This document shows positions 36,797-46,655 of a stretch of DNA of 64,000 nt, one piece after another; within the stretch, counting starts at the first letter, position 1, and each line of letters starts with the position of its first letter. The notes under the pieces are model-generated. The model saw only the letters and a list, made by a program, of their open reading frames with translations, was not told where the DNA came from and made no database searches. The position numbers and the translations under genes were made by a program. The DNA comes from Clostridia bacterium (GTDB lineage: Bacteria > Bacillota > Clostridia > Oscillospirales > CAG-272), in assembly GCA_017463065.1 (NCBI GenBank), contig JAFTPX010000009.1, forward strand, positions 13,256 to 77,255. Direction: 5' to 3'.

Positions 36797-36951
36797 TTTC
36801 CTGCAAGGGATCCGCGGCGCATTGGGCGCACGTTCTTTGGCAAAGGCACAACCTCCGCCCGGAGGAATTCGAGGCTATGCCGTTGCGCAAAAAGGCGTTT
36901 TTCATAGCCTCGGAACTCAAAGAAGCCGAAGAACCTTGCAGGAGATTTTAA
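36793..36951 (+). CDS. -1 frame extension of the chaperone (gpGT-like product)
   Basis: Hand translation: IISCKGSAAHWAHVLWQRHNLRPEEFEAMPLRKKAFFIASELKEAEEPCRRF, stop at 36949-36951, just before the tape-measure RBS. Confidence 0.45.
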   Translation: MISCKGSAAHWAHVLWQRHNLRPEEFEAMPLRKKAFFIASELKEAEEPCRRF

Positions 36952-36969
36952 GATAGGAGGCGGGCACGA

Positions 36970-39900
36970 TTGGCTACACTTTCAGCGAAATTTAGGCTCA
37001 TTGATGAAATGAGCGCAAAGCTCGACCACATCGCGCAGAGTGGTCAAAACGCCCTATCGCAATGGGAAAACGCGGGAGCCGCGATAGACACCGCCTTTGG
37101 CAACGCGGGAGTTACCACGGCGCAAACGCTCGATAAGATCGACACCGCAACAGATCAAGCGGCAAGTGCCCTTGACGACTTCGACAACGCGGCAAAAAAG
37201 GCGGAAAACGGCGTTGACGACCTCGGTGACACCATCGACAGAACCCGCAGGGAAACCGAGGACTACGACGAACAGAACCGAGAGACGACCGATGGCTTAC
37301 GGGATCTCGAAGAACTTCTCGTCGCCGCCGGGATCGTAAGAGGGCTCGAAGAGATTGGCAGGGCCTTAGTTTCCACCGTTGAGGACGCTATCGAATTTGA
37401 GAGCGCGATCACAGGTGTTTACAAGACCGTTGACGGAACGCCGGAACAGCTTGCCGCCATTTCGGACGGGGTAAAGGATCTATCGTTGGTGATCCCGTCA
37501 ACCACAACGGAGATCGCCGCCGTTGCGGAGGCCGCAGGTCAGTTAGGTATCGCCACAGAGAACATCATGGGATTTACGGAGGTTATGATAAACCTCGGAG
37601 AATCCACCAACCTAACCTCCGATGAAGCGGCATCCTCTCTTGCGAAATTCGCCAACATCACGAAGATGAACGCCGCCGAATACGAGAATTTAGGTTCGAC
37701 AATCGTTGCTTTGGGTAACAACTTTGCGACGACGGAGGCGGACATCGTCGCCATGGCAACGCGCATGGCTTCTGCGGGATCTCTCGCAGGGCTTACCGAG
37801 GCGGAGATCCTTGCACTCGCGGCAAGCGTTTCGTCCGTCGGCATCGAAGCTGACGCGGGTGGTTCTTCTATGTCTACCCTTATGTCGAAAATCACGCTTG
37901 CGGTAGAGACCGGGAACGAAAGCCTCGAACAGTACGCCTCTGTAGCGAATATGACCGCAGAGGAATTCCAACGCGCATGGGGCGAAAGCGCGGTAGACGC
38001 TCTTTACGCCTTTATTGCAGGTTTGAACGACACGGAGCGAAACGGCGCGTCTGCAACCGCGATCCTCGACGAAATGGGGATCACGGAAATCAGACTTTCC
38101 AACGCCGTAAAAGCCCTTTCTGCAAACCACGAAGGATTGCGGGACGCGGTAGACCTCGCAAGCGGCGCATGGGACGAAAACAATGCCCTCGCAACGGAGG
38201 CAGAAAAGCGATACGCCACCCTCGAAAGCAAGCTCGCCATGACGGAGAACGCCTCCAAAAACCTCTCTACGGCCATCGGTGAAGTGTTCACGCCTACCGT
38301 ATCGGCAGGTTCGGACGTTCTTTACGACCTCTTGAACGGCCTTACAGGGTTCGTGAAAGAAAACCCCGCCGTAGTAAAGGGACTCGCGGCGCTCACCGTT
38401 GGCTTGGGCACTTTCGTCGCCGGCATAACGGCATACGTAGCGATCACGAAGGTTGCGACAATCGCTACGACGGCGCTTAAAGCGACTTTTGCGTCGCACC
38501 CCTTGATGTTGTTCGTAACGGCTGTTACGAGTGTTGTTGTTGCTCTTGGCACATTGGCAGTTACCTTGAATGACACTGAGGACGAAATGGAAAGCCTCAC
38601 CGCGACTTCAAGGAAGCAAGCGAAAGAGCTTGAAGCCCTCGAAGCAGAGTACGACAGGGTGTGCGATGCTTACGGAGAGAACTCATACGAAGCGTGGGTT
38701 TTGAAGCAGGAAGTGGACGAAGCAACCGCGTCGTTCGAAGCCAACAGGCAGACCGCAGATGAACTCCAAGCAGAGTTAGACGGAGTAACGAACTCCTTAA
38801 TCGAAGCACGAGAGGCGTATGAGGAAGCAACCACCGAAATCGAAAACGAATACGAGAGCTCGATTTCGCTTATTGCAAAGCTCGAAGAATTAAGCTCCTC
38901 CTCGGAAAAAGCGGCAACAAATCAAGCGTTAATAATCCCCATTGTCGATGAATTGAACAGCCGTTATGAGGATCTCGACCTCACTTTCGATAAACTCACG
39001 GGCAAGTTTAATTTAACTGCCGCGGAAATTCGAGAAATAGCAAAGGCAGAGGCGGAGTTAAAACAAGCGGGAATAGACTACGATAGGTACGTTGAAGCGA
39101 TTGGCGGCGAAAGCTCTTCTAAAACCAAGCTCGACAAAGCCAAGGCGGAATTGGAGTTAAGGGAAAAAGAATTAGAGGCGGCAACACTTGCTTATAACGA
39201 CGCGGTTGAGCTTTATCAATATTCCGATCCTTTAACACAGGCGTTCATGCTGTGGGAGCCGGGGGATGCACTAACCGAAGCGGAAGACGCCTACGAGACG
39301 GCAAAAGCCAACGTAGGTGAATTGCAAACCGAATACGATGACCTCATCAACACTATACAAACGTTTGAGAAGGCTTACGGCTATACGGGAGACACGGTCG
39401 AAGATACAACCGACGGCATGATCACGTATAAGGACGCTGTATCGAACGCACTTTCTTCCGTTCAAGAGGAAGTCAACGAACTTTGCGCCACCTACGACGA
39501 AGCCTACGCCGCCGCGAGAGACAGCATCGACGGACAGATCGGGCTGTTTGACAAAATGGTCGTCGAAGCAGAGCTTTCCGTTGAGGAAATGCAGGGCGCG
39601 TGGGAGAGTCAGATCCAATACCTTATCACGTACAAAGAAAACCTCGAAAAAGCGATGGAGTACGGACTCGACAAAGATCTGATTTCCCAACTGTCCGACG
39701 GTAGCGAGGAGAGCATGGCAAACCTCGACACCATCATCGGCAAGGTTGAGGAGCTCGGCGGCACTACCGAGGAAGCAAAGAAATTTGTAGACGGTTTCAA
39801 TGCCAAATTCCAAGAGGTCGAAACTGCGAAAGATCAATTTGCCGGGACCGTAGCCGACATGGAAACGGACTTCACGGAAAAGATGCTCGAAATGGAAAAG

Positions 39901-40485
39901 CAACTCGGCAAGAGCATCGACAACATGAACATGGAGGACGATGCGGCGAAAGCGGCAAAGGACACCATGAGCGCGTATGTGCAGGAGATCATCGCCGGAG
40001 GCAATTCTGCTGTCACGGCGGCAGAGAACGCGGCGGCGAAAGTCGCGGCGGCGCTCAACGGCGAGAAGGCCGGAACGGCAAAAACCGGCAGAGGCGGCGG
40101 ACTGTCCTCCGGCAGAGGATTGGCCGGCATTTCTGTTGCTTTGGACGCATACGCAAGCGGCACGGAATACGCCGCACCCGGTGTTGCAGTCGTCGGCGAA
40201 GACGGTCCCGAGCTCATTCAATTTGGCGGCGGCGAAAGAGTATACCCAGCAGACGAAACCTCCCGTATTCTTGCGAACGCTCCCGAGAACTTCGGCAACA
40301 CCGGAGGAAAGAGCGACAGCAAGACAATCCACATCGACATCAACGGTAGCGGCGCAATCGCTGTTGACGGCTCCATGGATGAAGAAACCGTCGTCGGCAT
40401 CCTCTACAACCACATCAAACCTGTTCTCACAAGCATCGTGAAACAGGAGATCTTCGAGGAAGGGGACCTTGCCTATGACTACTAA
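36970..40485 (+). CDS. Tail tape measure protein
   Basis: 1171 aa, helical and Ala/Glu-rich, with central hydrophobic segments. Lies after the chaperone gene. TTG start after AGGAGG. Confidence 0.85.
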   Translation: MATLSAKFRLIDEMSAKLDHIAQSGQNALSQWENAGAAIDTAFGNAGVTTAQTLDKIDTATDQAASALDDFDNAAKKAENGVDDLGDTIDRTRRETEDYDEQNRETTDGLRDLEELLVAAGIVRGLEEIGRALVSTVEDAIEFESAITGVYKTVDGTPEQLAAISDGVKDLSLVIPSTTTEIAAVAEAAGQLGIATENIMGFTEVMINLGESTNLTSDEAASSLAKFANITKMNAAEYENLGSTIVALGNNFATTEADIVAMATRMASAGSLAGLTEAEILALAASVSSVGIEADAGGSSMSTLMSKITLAVETGNESLEQYASVANMTAEEFQRAWGESAVDALYAFIAGLNDTERNGASATAILDEMGITEIRLSNAVKALSANHEGLRDAVDLASGAWDENNALATEAEKRYATLESKLAMTENASKNLSTAIGEVFTPTVSAGSDVLYDLLNGLTGFVKENPAVVKGLAALTVGLGTFVAGITAYVAITKVATIATTALKATFASHPLMLFVTAVTSVVVALGTLAVTLNDTEDEMESLTATSRKQAKELEALEAEYDRVCDAYGENSYEAWVLKQEVDEATASFEANRQTADELQAELDGVTNSLIEAREAYEEATTEIENEYESSISLIAKLEELSSSSEKAATNQALIIPIVDELNSRYEDLDLTFDKLTGKFNLTAAEIREIAKAEAELKQAGIDYDRYVEAIGGESSSKTKLDKAKAELELREKELEAATLAYNDAVELYQYSDPLTQAFMLWEPGDALTEAEDAYETAKANVGELQTEYDDLINTIQTFEKAYGYTGDTVEDTTDGMITYKDAVSNALSSVQEEVNELCATYDEAYAAARDSIDGQIGLFDKMVVEAELSVEEMQGAWESQIQYLITYKENLEKAMEYGLDKDLISQLSDGSEESMANLDTIIGKVEELGGTTEEAKKFVDGFNAKFQEVETAKDQFAGTVADMETDFTEKMLEMEKQLGKSIDNMNMEDDAAKAAKDTMSAYVQEIIAGGNSAVTAAENAAAKVAAALNGEKAGTAKTGRGGGLSSGRGLAGISVALDAYASGTEYAAPGVAVVGEDGPELIQFGGGERVYPADETSRILANAPENFGNTGGKSDSKTIHIDINGSGAIAVDGSMDEETVVGILYNHIKPVLTSIVKQEIFEEGDLAYDY

Positions 40486-41137
40486 AAACAAGTACCAAAT
40501 TTGGATCACGTTCAACGGGGAGAAAGAGAAACTCCGCCTCCCCGTTCTCCCCGAGACAATCAAGGTCTCGATGGGTACGAACGATCAGAGCGTCGATATA
40601 GCGGGGCTTGGTGAGATCCTTGTAGCCCAAAGCCGCCCGGCAACCGAATTCAGCTTTTCGTCTTTCTTTCCGAAAGCGGCATTCCCCGGTATTGCGGTCA
40701 AAACGATCACCAATCCGACCACGTTGAAGAACCGCCTCACGAAATGGAAGAACAGCGACAAGCCTGTTCATTTCATCGTCACCGGCGCGGGCATCGACGT
40801 GTATTGCCGCATTACGAAGTTTGACCCGAGCGAAAGCGGCGGCGATGTCGGGACCATTGCTTACGACATCACGCTCAAAGAGTACAGAGAACCGAAGGTG
40901 CGCAAGGTGAACGTGAAAAACGGAAAAGCTACCGTATCAAGCAACAACTCCCGCGTCGATAACACCACGGCACCGCAAACCTACACCGTCAAAAAGGGAG
41001 ATTGCCTTTGGAGCATCGCGAAACGGTTCTACGGTAGCGGCTCGAAGTACAAGATCATCAAAGAGGCAAACAAGAGCATTATCGGCAATTCCAACTACAT
41101 CTACCCCGGGCAGGTGTTTGTTATCCCGAAAATATAA
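40475..41137 (+). CDS. LysM-domain tail protein (XkdP-like)
   Basis: C-terminal LysM domain: YTVKKGDCLWSIAKRFYGSGSKYKIIKEAN...IYPGQVFVIP. ATG 40475 preferred over the track TTG 40469. Confidence 0.8.
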   Translation: MTTKNKYQIWITFNGEKEKLRLPVLPETIKVSMGTNDQSVDIAGLGEILVAQSRPATEFSFSSFFPKAAFPGIAVKTITNPTTLKNRLTKWKNSDKPVHFIVTGAGIDVYCRITKFDPSESGGDVGTIAYDITLKEYREPKVRKVNVKNGKATVSSNNSRVDNTTAPQTYTVKKGDCLWSIAKRFYGSGSKYKIIKEANKSIIGNSNYIYPGQVFVIPKI

Positions 41138-41149
41138 GGAGGTTGCGAC

Positions 41150-42439
41150 ATGGCAAAAGGCATCGAACTGATTCTCTTTAAGGGAACGCAGGGCTATGAC
41201 ATCAGCGATCTCGTTATTCAGATCAAGTGGGCCGGGAGGAAAGGATCTTCCTCCCGTACCGTCGAAGCGACCTTGCTTGACGACGAAGCGCGGGCAAGCT
41301 CCCGGGCCGGGATCAACGTGGAGGAAGGCCAGCAGATCATTTTCAGCCTCGACGGCCAAGAGCTTCACCAAGGGATCATCATGTCTCAAAAGCATACGGA
41401 GAAAAAACAGCTCACTTTCAAAGCCTACGACAACGGGATCTACCTTGCAAACAACAAAGACACCTTTGTTTACAGCAACAAGAGCGCGTCCCACATCTTC
41501 CGCGACATTTGCAAGCGGTTCGGATTGCCGACTTCGACGGTTACGGAGACGGTTTACAAGATCCCGGAGCTCGTGAAGCCAAAGACAACGGCATTCGACG
41601 CGCTCTGTGACGCTCTGAGCCAAACTTTCCGTGCCAAGGGACACAGATACTACATCGACTCCAAAAAAGGCAAACTGCGCCTTCTGAAGCGCAAAGAGAA
41701 TATTCTGCAATGGGTGTTGGAGATCGGTCAGAACATTATTTCCTACAACAGCACCGTCAGCATCGAAAAGGTGAAGACGCGGATCAAGTTGCTGTCCGAC
41801 GAAGGGACCGTGTTGGCCGAAAAGAAAGATACGGAGCTCGAAAAGAAAATCGGCATCATGCAGGACGTTGACGAGCCGGACGAAACCCTCAACAGCGCAC
41901 AGCTTGACGAACTCGTGGCGGCCATGCTCGACGAGAGCAAACAGCCGGAGAGATCGCTCAAATTGACGACCCTCGGAATCCCCGACGTTGTTTCGGGGGT
42001 TGGCGTGGTTGTCATTATTCCCGCGCTTGGGATCTCCAAGACCTTTTACGTGGACGAAGACACGCACATCTTCAAGGACAACTACCACACGATGTCGCTC
42101 ACCCTCAACTACGCTTTCGACGCGGAAGACGCTTTCACGCAAAAGGAAAAGTCAAAGTCTACGGGAAGCGGAAGCGGGAGCACCGATAGCAAGGGCGACT
42201 CCTACGGCGGCTTTTCTGTTGGCGATACCGTCTATTTCAACGGCGGCGATCAGTACGCTACGTCGGGATCTTATTCTCCCGTCGGGAGCAAAAGGACAGC
42301 CGGCCCCGCAAAGATCACCCGCATAGCGAAGGACGCAAAACACCCGTATCACCTTGTGGGTGGAAAATACAACAGCTTGGGCGGCGACTGCAACGCATAC
42401 GGTTGGTTCGACGCAGGCACATTCACGAAGGAGGGATAA
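41150..42439 (+). CDS. XkdQ/YqbQ-like baseplate hub-associated protein
   Basis: The N-terminal pattern ...ISDLVIQIKWAGRKGSSSRTVEATLLDD... is typical of the XkdQ family. Gene order agrees. Confidence 0.6.
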   Translation: MAKGIELILFKGTQGYDISDLVIQIKWAGRKGSSSRTVEATLLDDEARASSRAGINVEEGQQIIFSLDGQELHQGIIMSQKHTEKKQLTFKAYDNGIYLANNKDTFVYSNKSASHIFRDICKRFGLPTSTVTETVYKIPELVKPKTTAFDALCDALSQTFRAKGHRYYIDSKKGKLRLLKRKENILQWVLEIGQNIISYNSTVSIEKVKTRIKLLSDEGTVLAEKKDTELEKKIGIMQDVDEPDETLNSAQLDELVAAMLDESKQPERSLKLTTLGIPDVVSGVGVVVIIPALGISKTFYVDEDTHIFKDNYHTMSLTLNYAFDAEDAFTQKEKSKSTGSGSGSTDSKGDSYGGFSVGDTVYFNGGDQYATSGSYSPVGSKRTAGPAKITRIAKDAKHPYHLVGGKYNSLGGDCNAYGWFDAGTFTKEG

Positions 42440-42442
42440 AGC

Positions 42443-42760
42443 ATGGGAGATCCGAACAGCTTAAAGGCGCTTATTCAAGAGCTTATTCCCGATCCTTGCG
42501 GGATTTTCCAAGGGCGGGTCGTTTCCACTTCCCCGTTGAAAATACAGGCTTTGAACGACGAAAAACTCATTATCTCTGCTTTATCGATGATCGTGCCGAA
42601 ACACCTCACGGACTACACCGCGGAGGCAGAGTTTTCGACGGGCGATTCCGTCACGGGCGGGACGATCACGATCCGCAACGGGCTGAAAGCCGGAGAGAAG
42701 GTACACCTGCTTTCCCTCAACCACGGAAAAAAATACTACGTTTTGGATAGGGTGGTGTAA
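42443..42760 (+). CDS. XkdR-like (DUF2577) baseplate protein
   Basis: Size, gene order and the G.V.S.SPLKIQ pattern. Confidence 0.55.
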   Translation: MGDPNSLKALIQELIPDPCGIFQGRVVSTSPLKIQALNDEKLIISALSMIVPKHLTDYTAEAEFSTGDSVTGGTITIRNGLKAGEKVHLLSLNHGKKYYVLDRVV

Positions 42761-42762
42761 TC

Positions 42763-43170
42763 ATGGATTCAGTATTTATTCCGTTACCCGTCAGCGAGGT
42801 AACGGAGGAACAGGAACAGCCGTCCCGCACCTACAAGCTCGATCTTGAAAAAGGCAGAATCGTAGGGACCGTGGACGGCATCGAAGCAGTAAACCAAGCC
42901 ATTCACAAAGCGATCATCACTCCCCGCTTTAAGTGCTTGATTTACGACAATCAATACGGTAGCGAGATACAGGAGGCGATCATAGCGCAGGACGCTACGC
43001 CGGAGTATACCGAGGCCGTAATCCCCGGCTTTATAGAAGACGCGCTGAAACCCGATACCCGCATATTGAGTGTTTACGACTTTCAATTCGAGTTTAGGGA
43101 AGACGGCGCGTACATCTTTTTCAGAGCCGATACCATTTTCGGCGAAACGGTATTTGAGGAGGTGATTTAA
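42763..43170 (+). CDS. XkdS-like (DUF2634 / gp25-like) baseplate wedge protein
   Basis: SRTYKLDLEKGRIVGTVDGIEAVNQAIHKAIITPRFKCLIYDNQYGSE is typical of the family. Confidence 0.6.
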   Translation: MDSVFIPLPVSEVTEEQEQPSRTYKLDLEKGRIVGTVDGIEAVNQAIHKAIITPRFKCLIYDNQYGSEIQEAIIAQDATPEYTEAVIPGFIEDALKPDTRILSVYDFQFEFREDGAYIFFRADTIFGETVFEEVI

Positions 43171-44261
43171 TGTTTTCCGAAGAATACACATACGAAAAAC
43201 TGTTGGAGGACGTGTTGGAGAACGCCCCGCCGGGCATCGACACCCGCCCCGGCAGTATTTATTACGACGCGATCTCGGGCGTATTGTTCAGAATCGCGCA
43301 ACTCTACGCAGACATCGACATGGTAGGCGATCTGATTGCGATTGACACCGCAACGGGTGAATACCTCGAACAGAAAGCCGCCGAAAAGTCCATTTACCGC
43401 TTGCCCGCCACGAACGCCTGCTATTACGTCACGTTTGAGGGCACTCAGCCGGAGGTCGGAGAACGATTCTACCACGACGGCCACTATTTTGTGCTCCGGA
43501 AGGACTCAGACGGAGATCTGTATCTCGAAGCGGAGGAAGCGGGAACGGTCGCGAACGGCATTTACAGCGGCACACCCGCGATCCCCGTCAATAACATTCC
43601 CGATCTGACCGCCGCCACCTTTGGCGAGGTTATGGAAGCGGGCGCGGAGGAGGAAAGCGACGACGACCTGCGGGAAAGACTGCGAGAGAAAATGTCGGGC
43701 CCCGCAGAGAACGGAAACAAACAGCACTACCGCACATGGTGCGAGGAGGTTGAGGGCGTAGGCAGAGCGCGGATCATTCCCCTTTGGAACGGCCCGAACA
43801 CCGTCAAGGGGATCATCATTGACCCCAACGGCATTCCCGCAGGGGACGCGGTTATTGAGCGCGTACAAGAATACGTTGACCCGGACACGGATGGAGACGG
43901 GGAGGGCGACGGACTCGGCGAAGGGGCCGCAAACCTCGGAGCGCATTTTACCGCCGCCGCGCCGGAAAGCCTTGCTGTCAACGTCTCGTTCAACGCCGTC
44001 TTGAAGGTAGGAGCAACAGAGGCGCAGGCAGTAGAGGAAACCACCGCGGCGGTCACGGCGTATTTGAAAAAGCTCACGCTCGACACCCCGGACGGCGAAG
44101 ACATCGTTGTGAGAATTTCGGCTGTCGGCGCGATCATCAACGCGCTTCCCTCTATCCTCGACTATAACAGCCTTGCATTCAACGGCGAATCCGCAAACAT
44201 TCAGCCGGGCAACGAGGCTGTCGCAGTTTTGGGGGAGGTAACGGTCAATGTTTCACAATAA
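43170..44261 (+). CDS. Baseplate J-like protein (XkdT-like)
   Basis: N-terminal YEKLLEDVLENAPPGIDTRPGSIYYDAISG...YLEQKAAEKSIYRLPAT has the baseplate J pattern. 363 aa. Confidence 0.8.
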   Translation: MFSEEYTYEKLLEDVLENAPPGIDTRPGSIYYDAISGVLFRIAQLYADIDMVGDLIAIDTATGEYLEQKAAEKSIYRLPATNACYYVTFEGTQPEVGERFYHDGHYFVLRKDSDGDLYLEAEEAGTVANGIYSGTPAIPVNNIPDLTAATFGEVMEAGAEEESDDDLRERLREKMSGPAENGNKQHYRTWCEEVEGVGRARIIPLWNGPNTVKGIIIDPNGIPAGDAVIERVQEYVDPDTDGDGEGDGLGEGAANLGAHFTAAAPESLAVNVSFNAVLKVGATEAQAVEETTAAVTAYLKKLTLDTPDGEDIVVRISAVGAIINALPSILDYNSLAFNGESANIQPGNEAVAVLGEVTVNVSQ

Positions 44262-44937
44262 TGGCTTTGAAAACAGCTACGAAGAGTTGATCTCCTACTA
44301 CCCTGCGTTTTACCGGGACGTTCTCGAAATGAGAGCGATCCTCGAAGCAGAGGGAAGATTGCTTGACGGGTGCATCGGCGCGGCCAACGCTATGTTGGGG
44401 AACGCTTTCGTTATGACCGCCAATGAGGAGATGATAGCAAGGCTCGAAGCATTCCTCGGAATCGAAAAGGACGATAACCGTACTTTAGAGGAGCGCAGAA
44501 GCCTTGTATACTCGTTTTACGTTGGGTTCGGGAAGTTATCAGCCTCCAAGCTAAGAGCCTCCATAGGGGCTTTCACGGACGAAGCGGTCAGCATCAAGCT
44601 CGAACGGATAGACGCAGAGGGGAACAACGCCCTCGTCGTTCGCATTCCCCGAGGGAAGAAAAACGTGTTCAATTTCAAGGACACGTTGACCGTCTTGGAG
44701 AAAATGATCCCCGCCCACATCGCCTACGCTGTATATTTCACGTACAGCATTCCCGTTGCGGTGTCGTGCAAACACGCGAACCACATTTACGACATGAAAC
44801 TCTGCGGGTTGGAGCCGGAGGCCGCAACGGTATGTAGCTTGCAAGAGGCGGACACCGTAACAGAGACCGACGAAGCCGCAACGAACTACGTTAAGAGCTT
44901 TACCCCCTGCGGCACCGCCGTAGCGGGTGCTCTGTAA
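44248..44937 (+). CDS. XkdU-like (DUF2313) tail protein
   Basis: The YYPAFYRDVLEMRAILEAEGRLLD pattern. Lies after the baseplate J gene. Confidence 0.6.
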   Translation: MFHNNGFENSYEELISYYPAFYRDVLEMRAILEAEGRLLDGCIGAANAMLGNAFVMTANEEMIARLEAFLGIEKDDNRTLEERRSLVYSFYVGFGKLSASKLRASIGAFTDEAVSIKLERIDAEGNNALVVRIPRGKKNVFNFKDTLTVLEKMIPAHIAYAVYFTYSIPVAVSCKHANHIYDMKLCGLEPEAATVCSLQEADTVTETDEAATNYVKSFTPCGTAVAGAL

Positions 44938-44966
44938 GAACCACCACTACGACAGGAGGTAACACA

Positions 44967-45269
44967 ATGTTTTGGCAAGAAACATTTCTCGCAAAGCGGC
45001 GTTCCGAATGGCTGAAAAGCATCGTCAAATTCCAGTATTTCAGCAACGGATCATGGAAAGACGCGGTTATCACCGAAAAGACCGTTGACGGGAACGCCCT
45101 CAAAATCAAAACCACCATGGCAGACGACGGGACCACGGAAACCATTGCCGCCGTCAGAATCCTCGACAGAGACGGCGACGTAGCCGGGCAGATGTCTGAG
45201 CGAATCGTAAAAAAAGCTACGCAAGGGCTGTTGACCTTGTGGGAATTTCCTTTATACGAAGTAACATAA
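44967..45269 (+). CDS. Hypothetical tail-module protein
   Basis: AGGAGG RBS. 100 aa. Confidence 0.45.
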   Translation: MFWQETFLAKRRSEWLKSIVKFQYFSNGSWKDAVITEKTVDGNALKIKTTMADDGTTETIAAVRILDRDGDVAGQMSERIVKKATQGLLTLWEFPLYEVT

Positions 45270-45282
45270 GGGGGAACAGAAC

Positions 45283-45552
45283 GTGTACAACATCCTCATT
45301 TGGAAGGACCATTGCGTAGAGCCGGGCAACACTTACATTGCCAAGAACAACGCAGATGGAACTGTTACCCTTACCCCCACGGGGAAGATCTTGCAACAGG
45401 GAACGAACCAAAGCGCGACCAATTTCAACAATATGGAGGCAGGCATCCTCGACGCACATCTCGCAAATTCCCTGCTCCTCCTTGCGTTAAGAGATCTTTC
45501 CTCCCGGCTTGAAGCCGCAGAGAAAGCAATCGCAACGCTCCAAAGCACATAG
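45283..45552 (+). CDS. Short fibre-anchor-like protein (paralogue of the N-terminus of 26931..27635) with a coiled-coil tail
   Basis: GTG start after AAGGGGGAA. YNILIWKDH...QQGTNQSATNFNNMEAGILDAHLANSLLLL. Confidence 0.5.
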   Translation: MYNILIWKDHCVEPGNTYIAKNNADGTVTLTPTGKILQQGTNQSATNFNNMEAGILDAHLANSLLLLALRDLSSRLEAAEKAIATLQST

Positions 45553-45574
45553 TAAACGATAAAGGAGAATGAAC

Positions 45575-46636
45575 ATGAGCAAATTTAACCTTACGAGCCT
45601 TGCGCTCGAATCTGCATTTTCCCCCAACACCCTCATTTACGACGATCTAGGGCTTCCGTCGGTTATGGTGTACGTCCCCAAATTCAAGATCAGCGACGTA
45701 ATCCCCGGCGGGAGCGACAGCACTCACCCGGCGTTCATCGTTGACGGTGTGGAAAGAGACGGCATCTATATTTCAAAGTATCAGAACGTAGTCCTCAACG
45801 GCAGAGCTTATTCCATTCCCTGCGAAGATCCTGCCGTTAGCGTAAGTTTCACGGCGGCGGTTGATTATTGCGCGGCAAAAGGCGAGGGGTGGCACATCAT
45901 GACCGCCGCAGAATGGGCGGCAATCGCTCTTTGGTGCAAAAAGAACGGGTTCCTGCCCTACGGAAACAACAACTACGGCAAGGACACAAGGGAAACCGAT
46001 TACAAGGCGATCCCGACAGCAAAAGATGCCGACGGCAGGACGCTTCGCGTAGCAACAGGCACAGGACCTCTTACGTGGAGCCACAACAATATGCTCGACG
46101 GCATTTACGACCTCAACGGTAACGTATGGGAGTGGAACGGCGGTATGAGGCTTGTTTACGGCGAACTCCAGATCCTCGAAAACAACAACGCCGCCAACAG
46201 CGATGCCTCGCAGGCGGCCTCTTCCGCGCAATGGAAGGCAATCGACGGCACCACAGGAGAGCTTATCACCCCGGATGGAAACGGCAAGACGAAGAACAGC
46301 CTCAAACTCGACCTTTTGAACTCCGTTTGGACGTGGATCACCGGGACTGTCACAGCAACCGCGACGTTCACTTCGAGATTTAAGGAAGTCACCACCGACG
46401 GAACCGTCAGCGACGCGGCAAAGGCGATCCTGCAGGCTCTCGCCATGCTCCCCCATGACACCGGCGATTACGGAGACGACGACTTCTACATCGACCCCAC
46501 GAAAGCGGACTTTATCCTCTATTCCGGAGGGGCACAAAGCACCGGCGTTAGCGCCGGAGTTTTCCGCAAGGCTTTTTCCGCATTGAGAGCTTTTGCGGCA
46601 TCGACAGTCGGTTTCCGCGCCGCTTACTACGAGTAA
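45575..46636 (+). CDS. Tail fibre / receptor-binding protein with an FGE-sulfatase (SUMF1, C-type-lectin-fold) domain
   Basis: GEGWHIMTAAEWAAIALWC and LNGNVWEWNGG match the FGE-domain signatures GWRLPTEAEWE and GNVWEW. ATG 45575 preferred because of its spacing to AAAGGAG. Confidence 0.65.
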   Translation: MSKFNLTSLALESAFSPNTLIYDDLGLPSVMVYVPKFKISDVIPGGSDSTHPAFIVDGVERDGIYISKYQNVVLNGRAYSIPCEDPAVSVSFTAAVDYCAAKGEGWHIMTAAEWAAIALWCKKNGFLPYGNNNYGKDTRETDYKAIPTAKDADGRTLRVATGTGPLTWSHNNMLDGIYDLNGNVWEWNGGMRLVYGELQILENNNAANSDASQAASSAQWKAIDGTTGELITPDGNGKTKNSLKLDLLNSVWTWITGTVTATATFTSRFKEVTTDGTVSDAAKAILQALAMLPHDTGDYGDDDFYIDPTKADFILYSGGAQSTGVSAGVFRKAFSALRAFAASTVGFRAAYYE

Positions 46637-46655
46637 CCGAAAGGGGGACACCGCA

